This document shows positions 21,959-31,800 of a stretch of 64,000 bases of DNA, piece by piece. Made by a program: the position numbers and the translations under genes. The notes beneath the pieces were generated by a model. The model was not told the DNA's origin. It saw only the letters and a list, made by a program, of their open reading frames with translations, and made no database searches. The stretch spans positions 1 to 64,000 of the forward strand of contig JAZDDZ010000007.1 of assembly GCA_043809245.1 (NCBI GenBank), in the 5' to 3' direction. Each line of letters starts with the position of its first letter. The stretch's first letter is position 1. This stretch comes from Candidatus Iainarchaeum sp. GTDB lineage: Archaea > Iainarchaeota > Iainarchaeia > Iainarchaeales > JAZDDZ01.

Positions 21959-23422
21959 TTGGACATGCCTAAACTTGATTTCTTCAAGCGCCCATATACA
22001 ATCATTAATTTTTTCCTTCTGGTGCTTTTATTTGTCCTTATTTTTAATGTGTTTGCGGTTTTCAGCGATTTTCCCGGGCAGGATTACTCTTCGCACCTTG
22101 CTTACACGCATTTTTTTGGGAAATACGGGTATGCTGGTTTTGTGCCTAATTGGTACAATGGGTTCACAATGTTCGCGGAGTATCCCCCCGGCTTTTTCTA
22201 TTACGAATCATTATTTATGCAGGCAGTCCAGCAGCCTGTGTTAGCTATGTTAATAGCACTTGCAGTCATTGTTTCTCTTATTTTTGCATTGGCTTTCATT
22301 ATAGGCGACGAACTTGGATTTGAAATTGAAAAAAAACTGTTTTTAGGGCTTATTGCAATCTCCAGTTTTCCAACAGCAACCAATATTTTTTATGGGCGGA
22401 TGCCCGAGCTGTTTGGCTGGATTTTCTTTTTATTGGGAACTTGGCTGTTTTTAAGGTATTTAAACAAAAAGATTGATTTGTTTTTTTCAGCTTGCCTATC
22501 ACTCATACTTTTCATGCTAATACTTTCCTACGTCAAAGTTTTTCTCCTGTTTATTTTTTTATTTGCAGGCTTTTTTCTTGTAAAAAGCTGGGCTGAAAAG
22601 CTAAAACTCGGGGCAATCGCATTGGCTGCTACAATAATGGCTAGTTTTTGGCTTTTGCCGGCAATTATGAATTTCGGCAAGATTCGCATATTGGCAGAAA
22701 ATGTTTTGTTAGCATCAATTCTGCAGAAGATTGATTTTGCTATTGTTAACTTGTTTTTGTTTACGTATTTTTTTGCATTTATCACTTTTTCATTGCTTGC
22801 ATTAAAAAAACTTTTTGATTTACGGCATGAACAATTTTTGCAGCCGGCCTTTTTATTGTCTTTTTTCTGTTCATCATTACTTGTAGTTTTTATCCCTTTT
22901 TTAATTTATGTCGACCCTCATTCTTTTGCATTTTTTTTCATAATTATACTCTCAATCATTTTCCTAAAAGAAAAGAATGGCGAAAGAAGCATTCTTTTCA
23001 GCATATTTATTTTTCTTTTATTTTTATTTTCAGTAGTCGCTGTTTTTGGTTTTCCATTTTCAACTGTTGATACCTCTACACCGCCATTCGGCCTTTTGCC
23101 GGACGTTAATGAAAAATTCGTGCTAATGGAGCACTATTCTTCCGGTTTTTCCTCGAACTTTTATGCATACAGCGCTATTTTTTATGACGCCAATACTTCT
23201 TTTGGCTGGAGACCAGTTCTGCAAAGCAGGGAGAGCGAGCAGATAATGCATTCTTTCGGGGGTCTACTGGAAGAAAAGAACTGCGCCCAAATTAAGGAAA
23301 ACCTTGAAAAAGTGCAGGCAAAACAGGTTATTGCTGAGGAAAATGACTGCAACGTGCTATTGGAATGTGGTTTTTCTTTGAAGAAAAAAATTGAAAATTA
23401 CTGCCTGTTAAATAAAACTTAA
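21959..23422 (+). CDS. Multi-pass membrane protein, probable GT-C-fold glycosyltransferase
   Basis: About 11 TM segments; first external loop with D..SH and W..GF..F..YPP motif; C-terminal soluble domain. Confidence 0.6.
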   Translation: MDMPKLDFFKRPYTIINFFLLVLLFVLIFNVFAVFSDFPGQDYSSHLAYTHFFGKYGYAGFVPNWYNGFTMFAEYPPGFFYYESLFMQAVQQPVLAMLIALAVIVSLIFALAFIIGDELGFEIEKKLFLGLIAISSFPTATNIFYGRMPELFGWIFFLLGTWLFLRYLNKKIDLFFSACLSLILFMLILSYVKVFLLFIFLFAGFFLVKSWAEKLKLGAIALAATIMASFWLLPAIMNFGKIRILAENVLLASILQKIDFAIVNLFLFTYFFAFITFSLLALKKLFDLRHEQFLQPAFLLSFFCSSLLVVFIPFLIYVDPHSFAFFFIIILSIIFLKEKNGERSILFSIFIFLLFLFSVVAVFGFPFSTVDTSTPPFGLLPDVNEKFVLMEHYSSGFSSNFYAYSAIFYDANTSFGWRPVLQSRESEQIMHSFGGLLEEKNCAQIKENLEKVQAKQVIAEENDCNVLLECGFSLKKKIENYCLLNKT

Positions 23423-23521
23423 CCAGCCCCATTATGCGCCCGGCAGAATTAAAAAAAACAACGTGCCTTAAATGATGTGTGTCTTTAATAGGCAAAAACC
23501 ATTGGCTTTCGGTGGGATTTA

Positions 23522-24292
23522 GTGCAGCAAGAAAAAGAGCGTAGCGCAATAAAAAAAGGGCATTATCCAGAGCCGGGGATTTCATTGGTGCTCGCTTGCT
23601 ATAACGAGGCTGAAATTTTCAAGGATTCCTCGAAAAAAATTGAGGAATTCATGGAATCCCAGGGCTACTCTTACGAACTGGTTTTTGTTGAGGATAAGAG
23701 CGTTGACAACACCGTGGAACTAATAAGGGAATTCGCGAGCAACCATAAAAAGGTGAAAACAATTTTCCACGAACACAATATGGGCCGCGGCAGGACAGTT
23801 GCAGACGGCATTCGCGCCGCAAAAGGAGAAATAGTCGGATTCATTGACATTGACCTGGAAGTCCCGATAAGCCAGATTGCGCCACTGGTGAATGAAATAA
23901 GGGGTGGCGCGGATGCTGCAATAGGAAAAAGGGTATATTTCACGGGAATAAGAACAATTCACCGGCACATTCTAAGCAGGGCTTATTCACTGCTTAGCAG
24001 GGTTATGCTGAACCACGACTTTTCCGACACAGAAGCAGGCTGCAAATTTTTTAAAAGGGAAAAAATTCTCTCTTTCCTTTCCCAGATAAAGGAGAACCAC
24101 TGGTTTTGGGACACCGAGATAGTGCTTAGGCCCTATTTTGCAGGGCTGAAAGTGAAAGAGGTTCCAGTGCTATTCATAAAGAATCGAAATGCGTCCAGCA
24201 CAGTTAAAATCTTTTCAGACGCGGCATACTATCTCAAAATGCTTTGGAAGTATGCCCCGGAATTCCAGGAGCTTTCACGAAAAATGCTTTAA
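23522..24292 (+). CDS. Polyprenol-phosphate glycosyltransferase (GT2, DPM/DPG synthase-like)
   Basis: ISLVLACYNE, EDKSVDNT, NMGRG, FIDIDLE, DTEAGCKFF, WFWDTE. Confidence 0.88.
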   Translation: MQQEKERSAIKKGHYPEPGISLVLACYNEAEIFKDSSKKIEEFMESQGYSYELVFVEDKSVDNTVELIREFASNHKKVKTIFHEHNMGRGRTVADGIRAAKGEIVGFIDIDLEVPISQIAPLVNEIRGGADAAIGKRVYFTGIRTIHRHILSRAYSLLSRVMLNHDFSDTEAGCKFFKREKILSFLSQIKENHWFWDTEIVLRPYFAGLKVKEVPVLFIKNRNASSTVKIFSDAAYYLKMLWKYAPEFQELSRKML

Positions 24293-24814
24293 GGTTTTCG
24301 CGGGAACGCCTGCAAGAATTTCGTTGCCACTGTTGTTTTCCACAACTACTGCGCCAGCGGCGACGGCTGTTTTCTCCGCAAGAACAGTTACTCCTACTAT
24401 TATGCCGCCGAAACCGATGAATGAGTTTTTCCTTATAGTAATAGGGTTTGTTTTCTTTGGGAGGAATTTTTGGAGCGCATGGTCGACATAACCGACATTT
24501 GTGTGTGTAATCAGCGCGGAGCGCGAGGCGAGGGTGACATTTTCTTCAAGGGTTATTTTGTCGGACAAATCAAGTAGGCATTCCTGCCCCAGATAGCAGT
24601 TGTCGCCTATGGATAAAGCAGAAAAGCCCTTTTTGTGCGCATTGATGAACTTAACGTTTTCAATTACAACATTTTTACCGATCCTTGCGCCAAAAATCGA
24701 AAGAAAAAAAACCCTGAACGGAGAAACAAAGAGAAGGGAAAAAAGTCCGCAGGCAATTGAATAAAAAGCATATTTCAGCGCTTGGCCCCACCCTATCTCA
24801 GTTATTGCATTCAT
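24275..24814 (-). CDS. Hexapeptide-repeat (left-handed beta-helix) acyltransferase
   Basis: GARIGKNVVI, LSIGDNCYLG, ITHT, AVAAGAVV, AGVPAK; start placed at ATG 24814. Confidence 0.85.
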   Translation of the reverse strand: MNAITEIGWGQALKYAFYSIACGLFSLLFVSPFRVFFLSIFGARIGKNVVIENVKFINAHKKGFSALSIGDNCYLGQECLLDLSDKITLEENVTLASRSALITHTNVGYVDHALQKFLPKKTNPITIRKNSFIGFGGIIVGVTVLAEKTAVAAGAVVVENNSGNEILAGVPAKTLKHFS

Positions 24815-24907
24815 CCACAGAGAAATAGCCCCCGATAAACTAATATAAATAACCTTGATGTGTGGATAAAATGAATGGCGCAATTAGTGGCAAAAAAGGA
24901 AGTTCAG

Positions 24908-26086
24908 CTATTTTTTCAGGTTTTTTTTCAAAATGCGCTTCACATTTGTAATTATATGTTCCACTTCCTGTTCTTTCAACGCAGGTGATAAAGGAAGCGA
25001 GATTGTCCTGTCTGAAATGAATTTGGCGTTTGGAAAATCATTTTCACCATAATTAAAGTTTTCTTTGTAGTACGGGTGCAAATGAAGTGAAATGAAATGA
25101 ATGCCTGTGCCTATGCCCCTTTTATGAAGCATCTGCTGAAATTCGTCCCTTGAAATGCCCAGCATATCAATGTCAAGCAGAGGCGTGTATAGGTGAAATG
25201 AATGCTTGCTGTCCTCCTCGGGTTCTTTTGGCAAAATAAGCGGCAAACCGCTTAATTGCTCTTGATAGCTTTCCCAAATCTTCTTTCGGATTTTCCAGTT
25301 TTTTTCTATTCTTTTAAGCTGATGAATGCCCAACGCCGCCTGGAGGTCAGTCATGTTGTATTTGAAGCCAGGGTAAAGAACTTGATAATGCTTAAACCCG
25401 TTCCACGAATATCTTTCCCAGGCATCGGCGCTTATTCCATGCAGACTCATCACCCTGATTTTTTCAGCCCATTCGTCATTGTTGGTTGTAACCATGCCGC
25501 CTTCACCTGTAGTTATATTTTTCGTCACATAAAAGCTGAAACACGCAGAAGCCCCCACATTTCCAATTTTTTTCCCGTTTTTTGTTGACTCAATGGCATG
25601 CGCTGCATCACCGATGACGTTTAAGCCGTGCTTTTCTGCAATCTCAATAATCCGGTCCATCTCACAGGGCCTTCCAGCGAAGTGAACAGGCAGGATTGCC
25701 TTTGTTTTTTTTGTAATTGCCGATTCGATTGCGTCTTCGTCAATGTTCATTGAATCCTTATTCACATCAACAAAAATTGGTTTGGCTCCAACATGAACTA
25801 TCGTGTTGGCTGTTGCAGCAAAAGTTATGGGGGAAGTTATTACTTCGTCACCATTTCCTACGCCCGCCGCAATAAGTGAAAGGTGCATTGCCGCAGTGCA
25901 GGAATTAACCGCAATAGCGTGCCTGCAGCCTATATATTCCCTGAATTTTTTCTCAAAGGCCTGCGTTTTGGGTCCAGTGCCAAGCCAGCCTGTCTTAAGG
26001 CTATCGACAACTTCTTCGATTTCGTCATCCTCGATTTTGGGCTTGCCAAAAACAATGTAATCGCTTGCATTTTTGCTTATCATCAA
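24908..26086 (-). CDS. DegT/DnrJ/EryC1/StrS nucleotide-sugar aminotransferase
   Basis: NSCTAAMHL, DAAHA, FSFYVTKNITTGEGGM with PLP Lys, GFKYNMTDLQAALG. Confidence 0.95.
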   Translation of the reverse strand: MMISKNASDYIVFGKPKIEDDEIEEVVDSLKTGWLGTGPKTQAFEKKFREYIGCRHAIAVNSCTAAMHLSLIAAGVGNGDEVITSPITFAATANTIVHVGAKPIFVDVNKDSMNIDEDAIESAITKKTKAILPVHFAGRPCEMDRIIEIAEKHGLNVIGDAAHAIESTKNGKKIGNVGASACFSFYVTKNITTGEGGMVTTNNDEWAEKIRVMSLHGISADAWERYSWNGFKHYQVLYPGFKYNMTDLQAALGIHQLKRIEKNWKIRKKIWESYQEQLSGLPLILPKEPEEDSKHSFHLYTPLLDIDMLGISRDEFQQMLHKRGIGTGIHFISLHLHPYYKENFNYGENDFPNAKFISDRTISLPLSPALKEQEVEHIITNVKRILKKNLKK

Positions 26087-26185
26087 ACCACTGAATATGC
26101 ATTAACTATAGTCAGAAAGCTATTTATTCAATTATAGCAGATGCCCTAGGTTGATACGCCAAATAAACAGAAAAATCTTTTCCGC

Positions 26186-28864
26186 TTAAACCCTTATCGC
26201 TTTTCTTCTCGTGAGCTGTTTTATGAGGTAGTTGAGCAATAATAGGAGCACGACTTCAGCCAAGGCAATGATTATTGCAATGGTTGCATTTGAAAGCCTG
26301 TTGACCAAAAGGGGCAATGCGAAGAAGGCGATTGCAATGCTTAAGCGTGAAAGGAGCTCTTTTCTTTTCTCGGAAGTGCTTTTGGCTTTCCTGCGCATCA
26401 TTGAAGCTGACTTGTTGTATGCGAGCACTGCCGCGGCAATGCTTAACGCGAGCAGCAGCAGCAAAAGCAGCGGCGTCTTTAGGATTGCCTCGCCGAAAAT
26501 CGCAAGAATGCCTTTCCCAAGGAAGCCGAACACTGCCTCAACTCCGCCCGAGACCTCTACTTTTGCTTCAAGCGCTTTCACGCCGTTCCTTGAAACGACA
26601 ATCGTGTTCGTTCCCCCGCTTGAAAATTTGAGCAGAATATTTCCCTGCGCACTGGAAGTGAAATTAGAGGAAAGCCCGAAATCAGGGGTAACGGAAATAT
26701 CCGCGTTTGGAACTGTTTTTCCGCTGGCTGTCTTAAGGGTCACGGCTGCCTCATCCCCTGCATTTGCTGTCTGCGGCAATCCCTCCAATACAAACCTTTG
26801 GATGAAGAAGGAGCCCGAGTAGGATTCAAATCCTGTCTTTGAGGCAAAAACCGAGTAGTTGCCTGGCTCGCTTAAAACGAATTCAACAGCGCCCGCGGCA
26901 TCGGATGAAAAGTTAAGTGTTTTTCCCGAGGGAAAGACGGCTTCCACGAACGCCCCTTCAACAGGGTTTCCCCTTGAATCCATTACAATCATCTGCCTTG
27001 AATCCCCGATCAACTCGGTTTCATTGGCGTTCAGCCTGACTTCAAGGTAAGGCATTCTAACAGTGAAAGGCCTTTCAGCAGCGTTGTTTTCTTCGTTTGT
27101 TTCCTGAACAGAGTTATCGGGATCGGCAATTATTTTAAGCGAGTAAACCCCCAATGGCTTGTCTGCCTTGAATGAAAAATCAATGAGCTTTATCTGGTCC
27201 TGGCTTAATGTTCCAATTGTCTTTGCATCCATTTCCTCGTCATCAAGGTTCAGGGCCATTTTAAAGAAAGCGGATTTGCTTAAGCCAACGTTTTTCAGCT
27301 GGACAACAACCGAAACGTCAACTATTTCCCCGACAACCGCATTAGCCGGAGCGTCAACTGACTGGATCATTATGTCAGGCAGGAAAACGCAGTCCTCATC
27401 AACGTAACCGTCTCCATCGTCATCGATTTTGTTGTTGCATATTTCAGGGCAGCCTAAGACGCCCTTTGGAATTAACTTGAACCAACGGTAATGCGTGTTC
27501 TCCGAATCCGCGTTGCCCAGAACATCGGTTGCCGTGACCCTTGAAGAAAGCATTGCGAATTCGCCTTGAAGCGGGCCGAGCATGCCCTTATAGGTTCCAT
27601 CCGCCTGTTTTTGCAGTGGAAGTGAATGGCTGTAATCGTTTTGCGTTAAGCCGTAAAAGAGCGTAACTGATGACACTGCGTTCAATGCATTAATGTCAGC
27701 CAAAACATCGATGAAGAAAGCGGTCTTGTCATCGTTTAGCCTTGCGCTCATTGAGGCGCTTTTAACTGTTATCTGCGCAGGGCCTTGTTCTGGCGGCGGA
27801 ACAGGGGGAGTGTAAGGCAGTATTTGCTGCAGGAACTGGACATTGACAATGCTTCCATCATTGTCCATGAAATTGTAATAGGCATCGGCGTTCGCAGGAA
27901 GCGTTATCCCCAGATTCTGGCCTTTCACTACATTTGTGAATGAATGCTGCTGGTAAGAGCCCCCCACAAGCACAAACACATCCAGTGAGCCGATGCTTGC
28001 GTCGTCATCGTATAGGTCGGAAACGAAAAGCGAGCGGTCTGTTGTGCGCATTGAAACAGTTATTGTTGAAAAGCCAGTGAAATCAAACAGGGCAATGTCT
28101 TTCTGCTCTCGCAGAACCTGCGATTCCGCGGGGGAAAGGCTTGCAGTTGAACCTGAAGCGCATTCTGTGAGGTCAGGAGTCAAAAGGCTGAAATAGTGAG
28201 GCAATAAAAGCACGGTTTCCTTCCTTCCGGTTAAGTCAGTTGCAGTGATTTTTCCGTCAAAAATTATTTCGTTGGTGAACGGGCCGAGGATTTCCTTGTA
28301 GGAGCCGTCAGGCTGCTTTGACATTTCAAATTGCTCGGAGAAATCCCCTTCCGCAAAGCCGAAGAAAAGCACGATGTTGGAGTAAGGGTGCAAGTTGTTT
28401 ACGTCCACGGAAACGTTTACGTAAAAGGAACGCAAGTTGTCGGATACATCGGGTTCAACTGAAAACGAGTAAATCATTTTAGGCGGTGTCTCCGGAGGCG
28501 GGCAGTTAGGGCAGGGCTCTGGAGGCGCCTGATAATCGGTGATGTAACGCATGTATTGAACGTTTTGAACCGTGCCATCGTTGTCCATGAAGTTATAGTA
28601 CGCGCTTTCCCCCGCATTAATTGTTGCGCCTGAAAGGATTTGCCCTTCAATTACTCCTGAGTAGCTGTAGCGCTGCAGCCCTGCTGCCTTTGAAATGAAT
28701 ACATCCGCAAAAGCAATGCTGCCATCGTCGTCAAAAACATCTGATGCCAGGACTGAGCCGTCGGCTTGCTTTACTAAAATCAATTCCGAGTACTCGGCCG
28801 CCGCTGCGATTGAGGAAAGGAAAAGCATTGCGCAAAGCAAAAGCAGGATTTTTTTGCCCATCAT
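26186..28864 (-). CDS. Secreted, membrane-anchored protein with a duplicated N-terminal module, CARDB and Ig-like domains
   Basis: Signal peptide MMGKKILLLLCAML; two YYNFMDNDG modules; EICNNKIDDDGDGYVDEDC; CARDB ADPDNSVQETNEENN; several C-terminal TM helices; ATGA overlap with the giant gene. Confidence 0.85.
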   Translation of the reverse strand: MMGKKILLLLCAMLFLSSIAAAAEYSELILVKQADGSVLASDVFDDDGSIAFADVFISKAAGLQRYSYSGVIEGQILSGATINAGESAYYNFMDNDGTVQNVQYMRYITDYQAPPEPCPNCPPPETPPKMIYSFSVEPDVSDNLRSFYVNVSVDVNNLHPYSNIVLFFGFAEGDFSEQFEMSKQPDGSYKEILGPFTNEIIFDGKITATDLTGRKETVLLLPHYFSLLTPDLTECASGSTASLSPAESQVLREQKDIALFDFTGFSTITVSMRTTDRSLFVSDLYDDDASIGSLDVFVLVGGSYQQHSFTNVVKGQNLGITLPANADAYYNFMDNDGSIVNVQFLQQILPYTPPVPPPEQGPAQITVKSASMSARLNDDKTAFFIDVLADINALNAVSSVTLFYGLTQNDYSHSLPLQKQADGTYKGMLGPLQGEFAMLSSRVTATDVLGNADSENTHYRWFKLIPKGVLGCPEICNNKIDDDGDGYVDEDCVFLPDIMIQSVDAPANAVVGEIVDVSVVVQLKNVGLSKSAFFKMALNLDDEEMDAKTIGTLSQDQIKLIDFSFKADKPLGVYSLKIIADPDNSVQETNEENNAAERPFTVRMPYLEVRLNANETELIGDSRQMIVMDSRGNPVEGAFVEAVFPSGKTLNFSSDAAGAVEFVLSEPGNYSVFASKTGFESYSGSFFIQRFVLEGLPQTANAGDEAAVTLKTASGKTVPNADISVTPDFGLSSNFTSSAQGNILLKFSSGGTNTIVVSRNGVKALEAKVEVSGGVEAVFGFLGKGILAIFGEAILKTPLLLLLLLALSIAAAVLAYNKSASMMRRKAKSTSEKRKELLSRLSIAIAFFALPLLVNRLSNATIAIIIALAEVVLLLLLNYLIKQLTRRKAIRV

Positions 28865-31800
28865 GCCCCGCCCCCAAGGAATTGCTGCCACCAAATCATG
28901 CTCAAATTGTTAATCCTTTCATAATGCATTCTCTTTAAGAACACAGGGTCAAGCCACCATGAAACGCTTGTGCCGTTAATCTGCGAATATGCGGCTGACA
29001 TGTTTTTGTCAATGATTGAGAAGTCATGCGAGCCGAAAGACACTGCGTTCTTTGAAATATTCAAAGTGTAAGGCGCATTTGTGGAAAGGCTTGAGTTAAG
29101 GTAATTGGAGCTGAAGGAATAATCGGGATTGTATTGTGTTTCGCTTATCTCCCTTGAAACCGCAAGGGAGTTTCCCTGCACGCTGAAAGCGTAAGCGCTT
29201 GAATCAGCCAAGGGCTTCCAGAATCCCGCGACAATCTGCTCCTGCTGCAAAAACTTTGCATAGGAGTAAATCAGCTCGGTTCCGGCTTCAACGAAAACAA
29301 GGTGGAATTTGTTGTTGTTAGTTTCATCACTCTCGGCTATAAGGTTTGAGGGGTCAATGAGTATGTTTATGTCATGGGCTCCGGAAATGCTTCCCGAATT
29401 CACGGAGAAGTGCACATTGGCTTTTGCACCTGGCGCAAGAGAGGGCACATTGCCTGATGCAACGGTCTGCTTGTCAAGCAGAACTGAAACCGCGAATGCC
29501 CCTGAATCAGCCTGCGAATTGTTTGCAATCACAGCATTAACATCTATCCTCTGGCCCTGGAAAACCGTTGCGGGAACAGATGAACTTTCAAAGGAAAGGT
29601 CAGTGATCAAAGAGCCTATGTCAACCTCCATTATGTTGTCCTGCTCGTTTGATTCCGTCACGACTTCAGTTGAGTCAACGAAGACGTAAAAAGTGCTTGC
29701 CGTGCCCTCTGACTGGAAAAGCGCTGTTGCCGCTGGCTGCTTTACCGCGCCCGCGGTGTTGATTGTTATCACCTGCGCCACTGGCTCCTCGTAATAGAAG
29801 AGCATGATTACATCCTTGTCTTTTTTCAGTGAGCCGATGAAAGTGACTGCGATTCCCTGTGAAGCCAGGGTGTTCTCGAAGAATGAAACGTAAAAGTTGT
29901 TGGAGTCAAAGTCCTCTGAGCTTATCAGGACATTAAAGTCAACTCTTACAAGGTCTCCTGCAACAAAGACTGGCTTGCCCACGTCAATGCGCTTGAAGAA
30001 GAGGTTTGGAATGCAGCCCTCATCAACCAATCCGTTCAGGTTGTCGTCGAACAGGTTTCCGCACAGCTCAGGGCCTGCGAAGTAAACTGTTGTCGACGCA
30101 TTGTTGTTTGCCTCGTTTGACTCTGCCACGGAGTTGTCAGGGTCAACGACTTCATAGAATGAAATTGTTTTTCCCTGCCATGAAGCCATTGCCGCGTCGT
30201 TTGCGTCGTAAGTGAATTCAAAGAGCAGGCTTGTTCCGTCGCTTCCCGCAAGGCTGTTCACGGTTCTGCTTGCGATTTCCCTTCCTGAAGGGCTTCCTTC
30301 CCTTAACGAAACCCTGAAGCTTGTGGCGGAAGTTGAGCCAAGATTGTATACTGCTGCAGCAAATGAAACCTTTGAATTGTTCTGCGCGATTCCACTGCTT
30401 GTAAGCGTTGCTGTAAGGTCTGCCTGGACTGAAGTGCAGCTTCCGTCGGTGTTGCAGGTGTCCCCTGAATTAGGGCAGCCGCAGTCAGAGCAATCGTTCA
30501 CCAAAGAGCCATTTGAGCAGAACAATGGCTTTGCCGCAGAGCAGGCGTTATATGCCGTGCCATCAGAGCAGGATTGCGCCGGGCAGTCGCCTGCACAATT
30601 TGCGCTTGATTCATATGGCGAGTCGCAAAAGCTATCGCCGCAAACCCAGCAGTCAGCAGGGCAGTTTGCCCTGGTTTCAGATGTGGTGCAGGAACCGTTG
30701 CCGCAGACCTCGCCCCCGGTTGGCCCCCCGCCTGAAGTTACTGTAATGGTAACGCTTTCAGTTGAGCTGTTCTGGTCAAGGTTGTCAGTTGCAATAACTG
30801 AATAGGCGTGTTCTCCCAATTCCTGCAAATCGAATGAATAGGAAGTATTGGTTGAATTGTTTATCCAAGCGCTGCTGTCCACTTTGACCCAATAATTTTT
30901 GATGCCCGCGCCTGAATCAGATCCAGTGTAAACAATTTCAACTGTTGATGAGGACTGCGAGGCGCCGTCGCTTGGGAAAGTGATTGAAAGCGTTGGCGCG
31001 GTTGAATCGTAATAAGTTGAATCGCTTAAAGCGCTTGACCAGTTGCCAGAATCATCTGAAACCTTAACGTAAACAGTTGCCGCCCCGTCAGTTGAACCGC
31101 AGCCGTAAGAGCCGGAGGCAATGTCAAAGTTTGTTACGCTTGAAGTATATGCTTGGTTTAGCCAGGGCCCTGAAGCGGAACAGCTGATGTTCATGTCAGA
31201 GGCATCAGCGCTTGCGACAAGCGTGATTGTGGGAGTTGAATCGCTTGTGCAGCCCTGTGCCTGATTGCATGTGCTGTCTGAAATCGTTGCGGATGCAAGC
31301 GTTGGCGCATTAGTGTCCTCTCCGTAACCCCAGGGCGAGAAGTGGTTCATGTCAGCGGTGATTTTGTTGTTCACGGTGTCAACTGTTGATTGCATTGCAA
31401 TCCAGTCATTGGAGTCAACATCCCAGCGGTAAATCTTGAGCTTCTGCTCGTCAGCGGTTGAGCAGGTTGGGGCGCAGCTTAGTTCGCCTTCGCTGTATGT
31501 GAGTGTGAGCTTTGCGGGCTTGTCGCTCAGGAAAGTAAGCGTTCCTTCGGGTGCGTCAAAGTTGAACGCGGCATACAGCCTTCCCCTCTGGAACGTTGGC
31601 GGAGAGCTGTTGTAGTCAATGCTTATGTTCGTGTCAGCGCCTGAAGCCATTCCGGTTGAGGGAATGAAGAGGTTGTAATCTCCGTAAGATGTGCTTCTCA
31701 CGATTGCCCTTCCGTTTGTGTATGGAACCTGGAAAGGCGATTCCTTGTCGATTGTGCATCTCTTTGTTGTGGAGTTCGCCTTGTTGCCGACGCTGTCGTA

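Noticed and set aside
28861-28900. Giant gene and partner as one frameshifted gene
   Set aside because: The partner has its own signal peptide and a standard ATGA coupling
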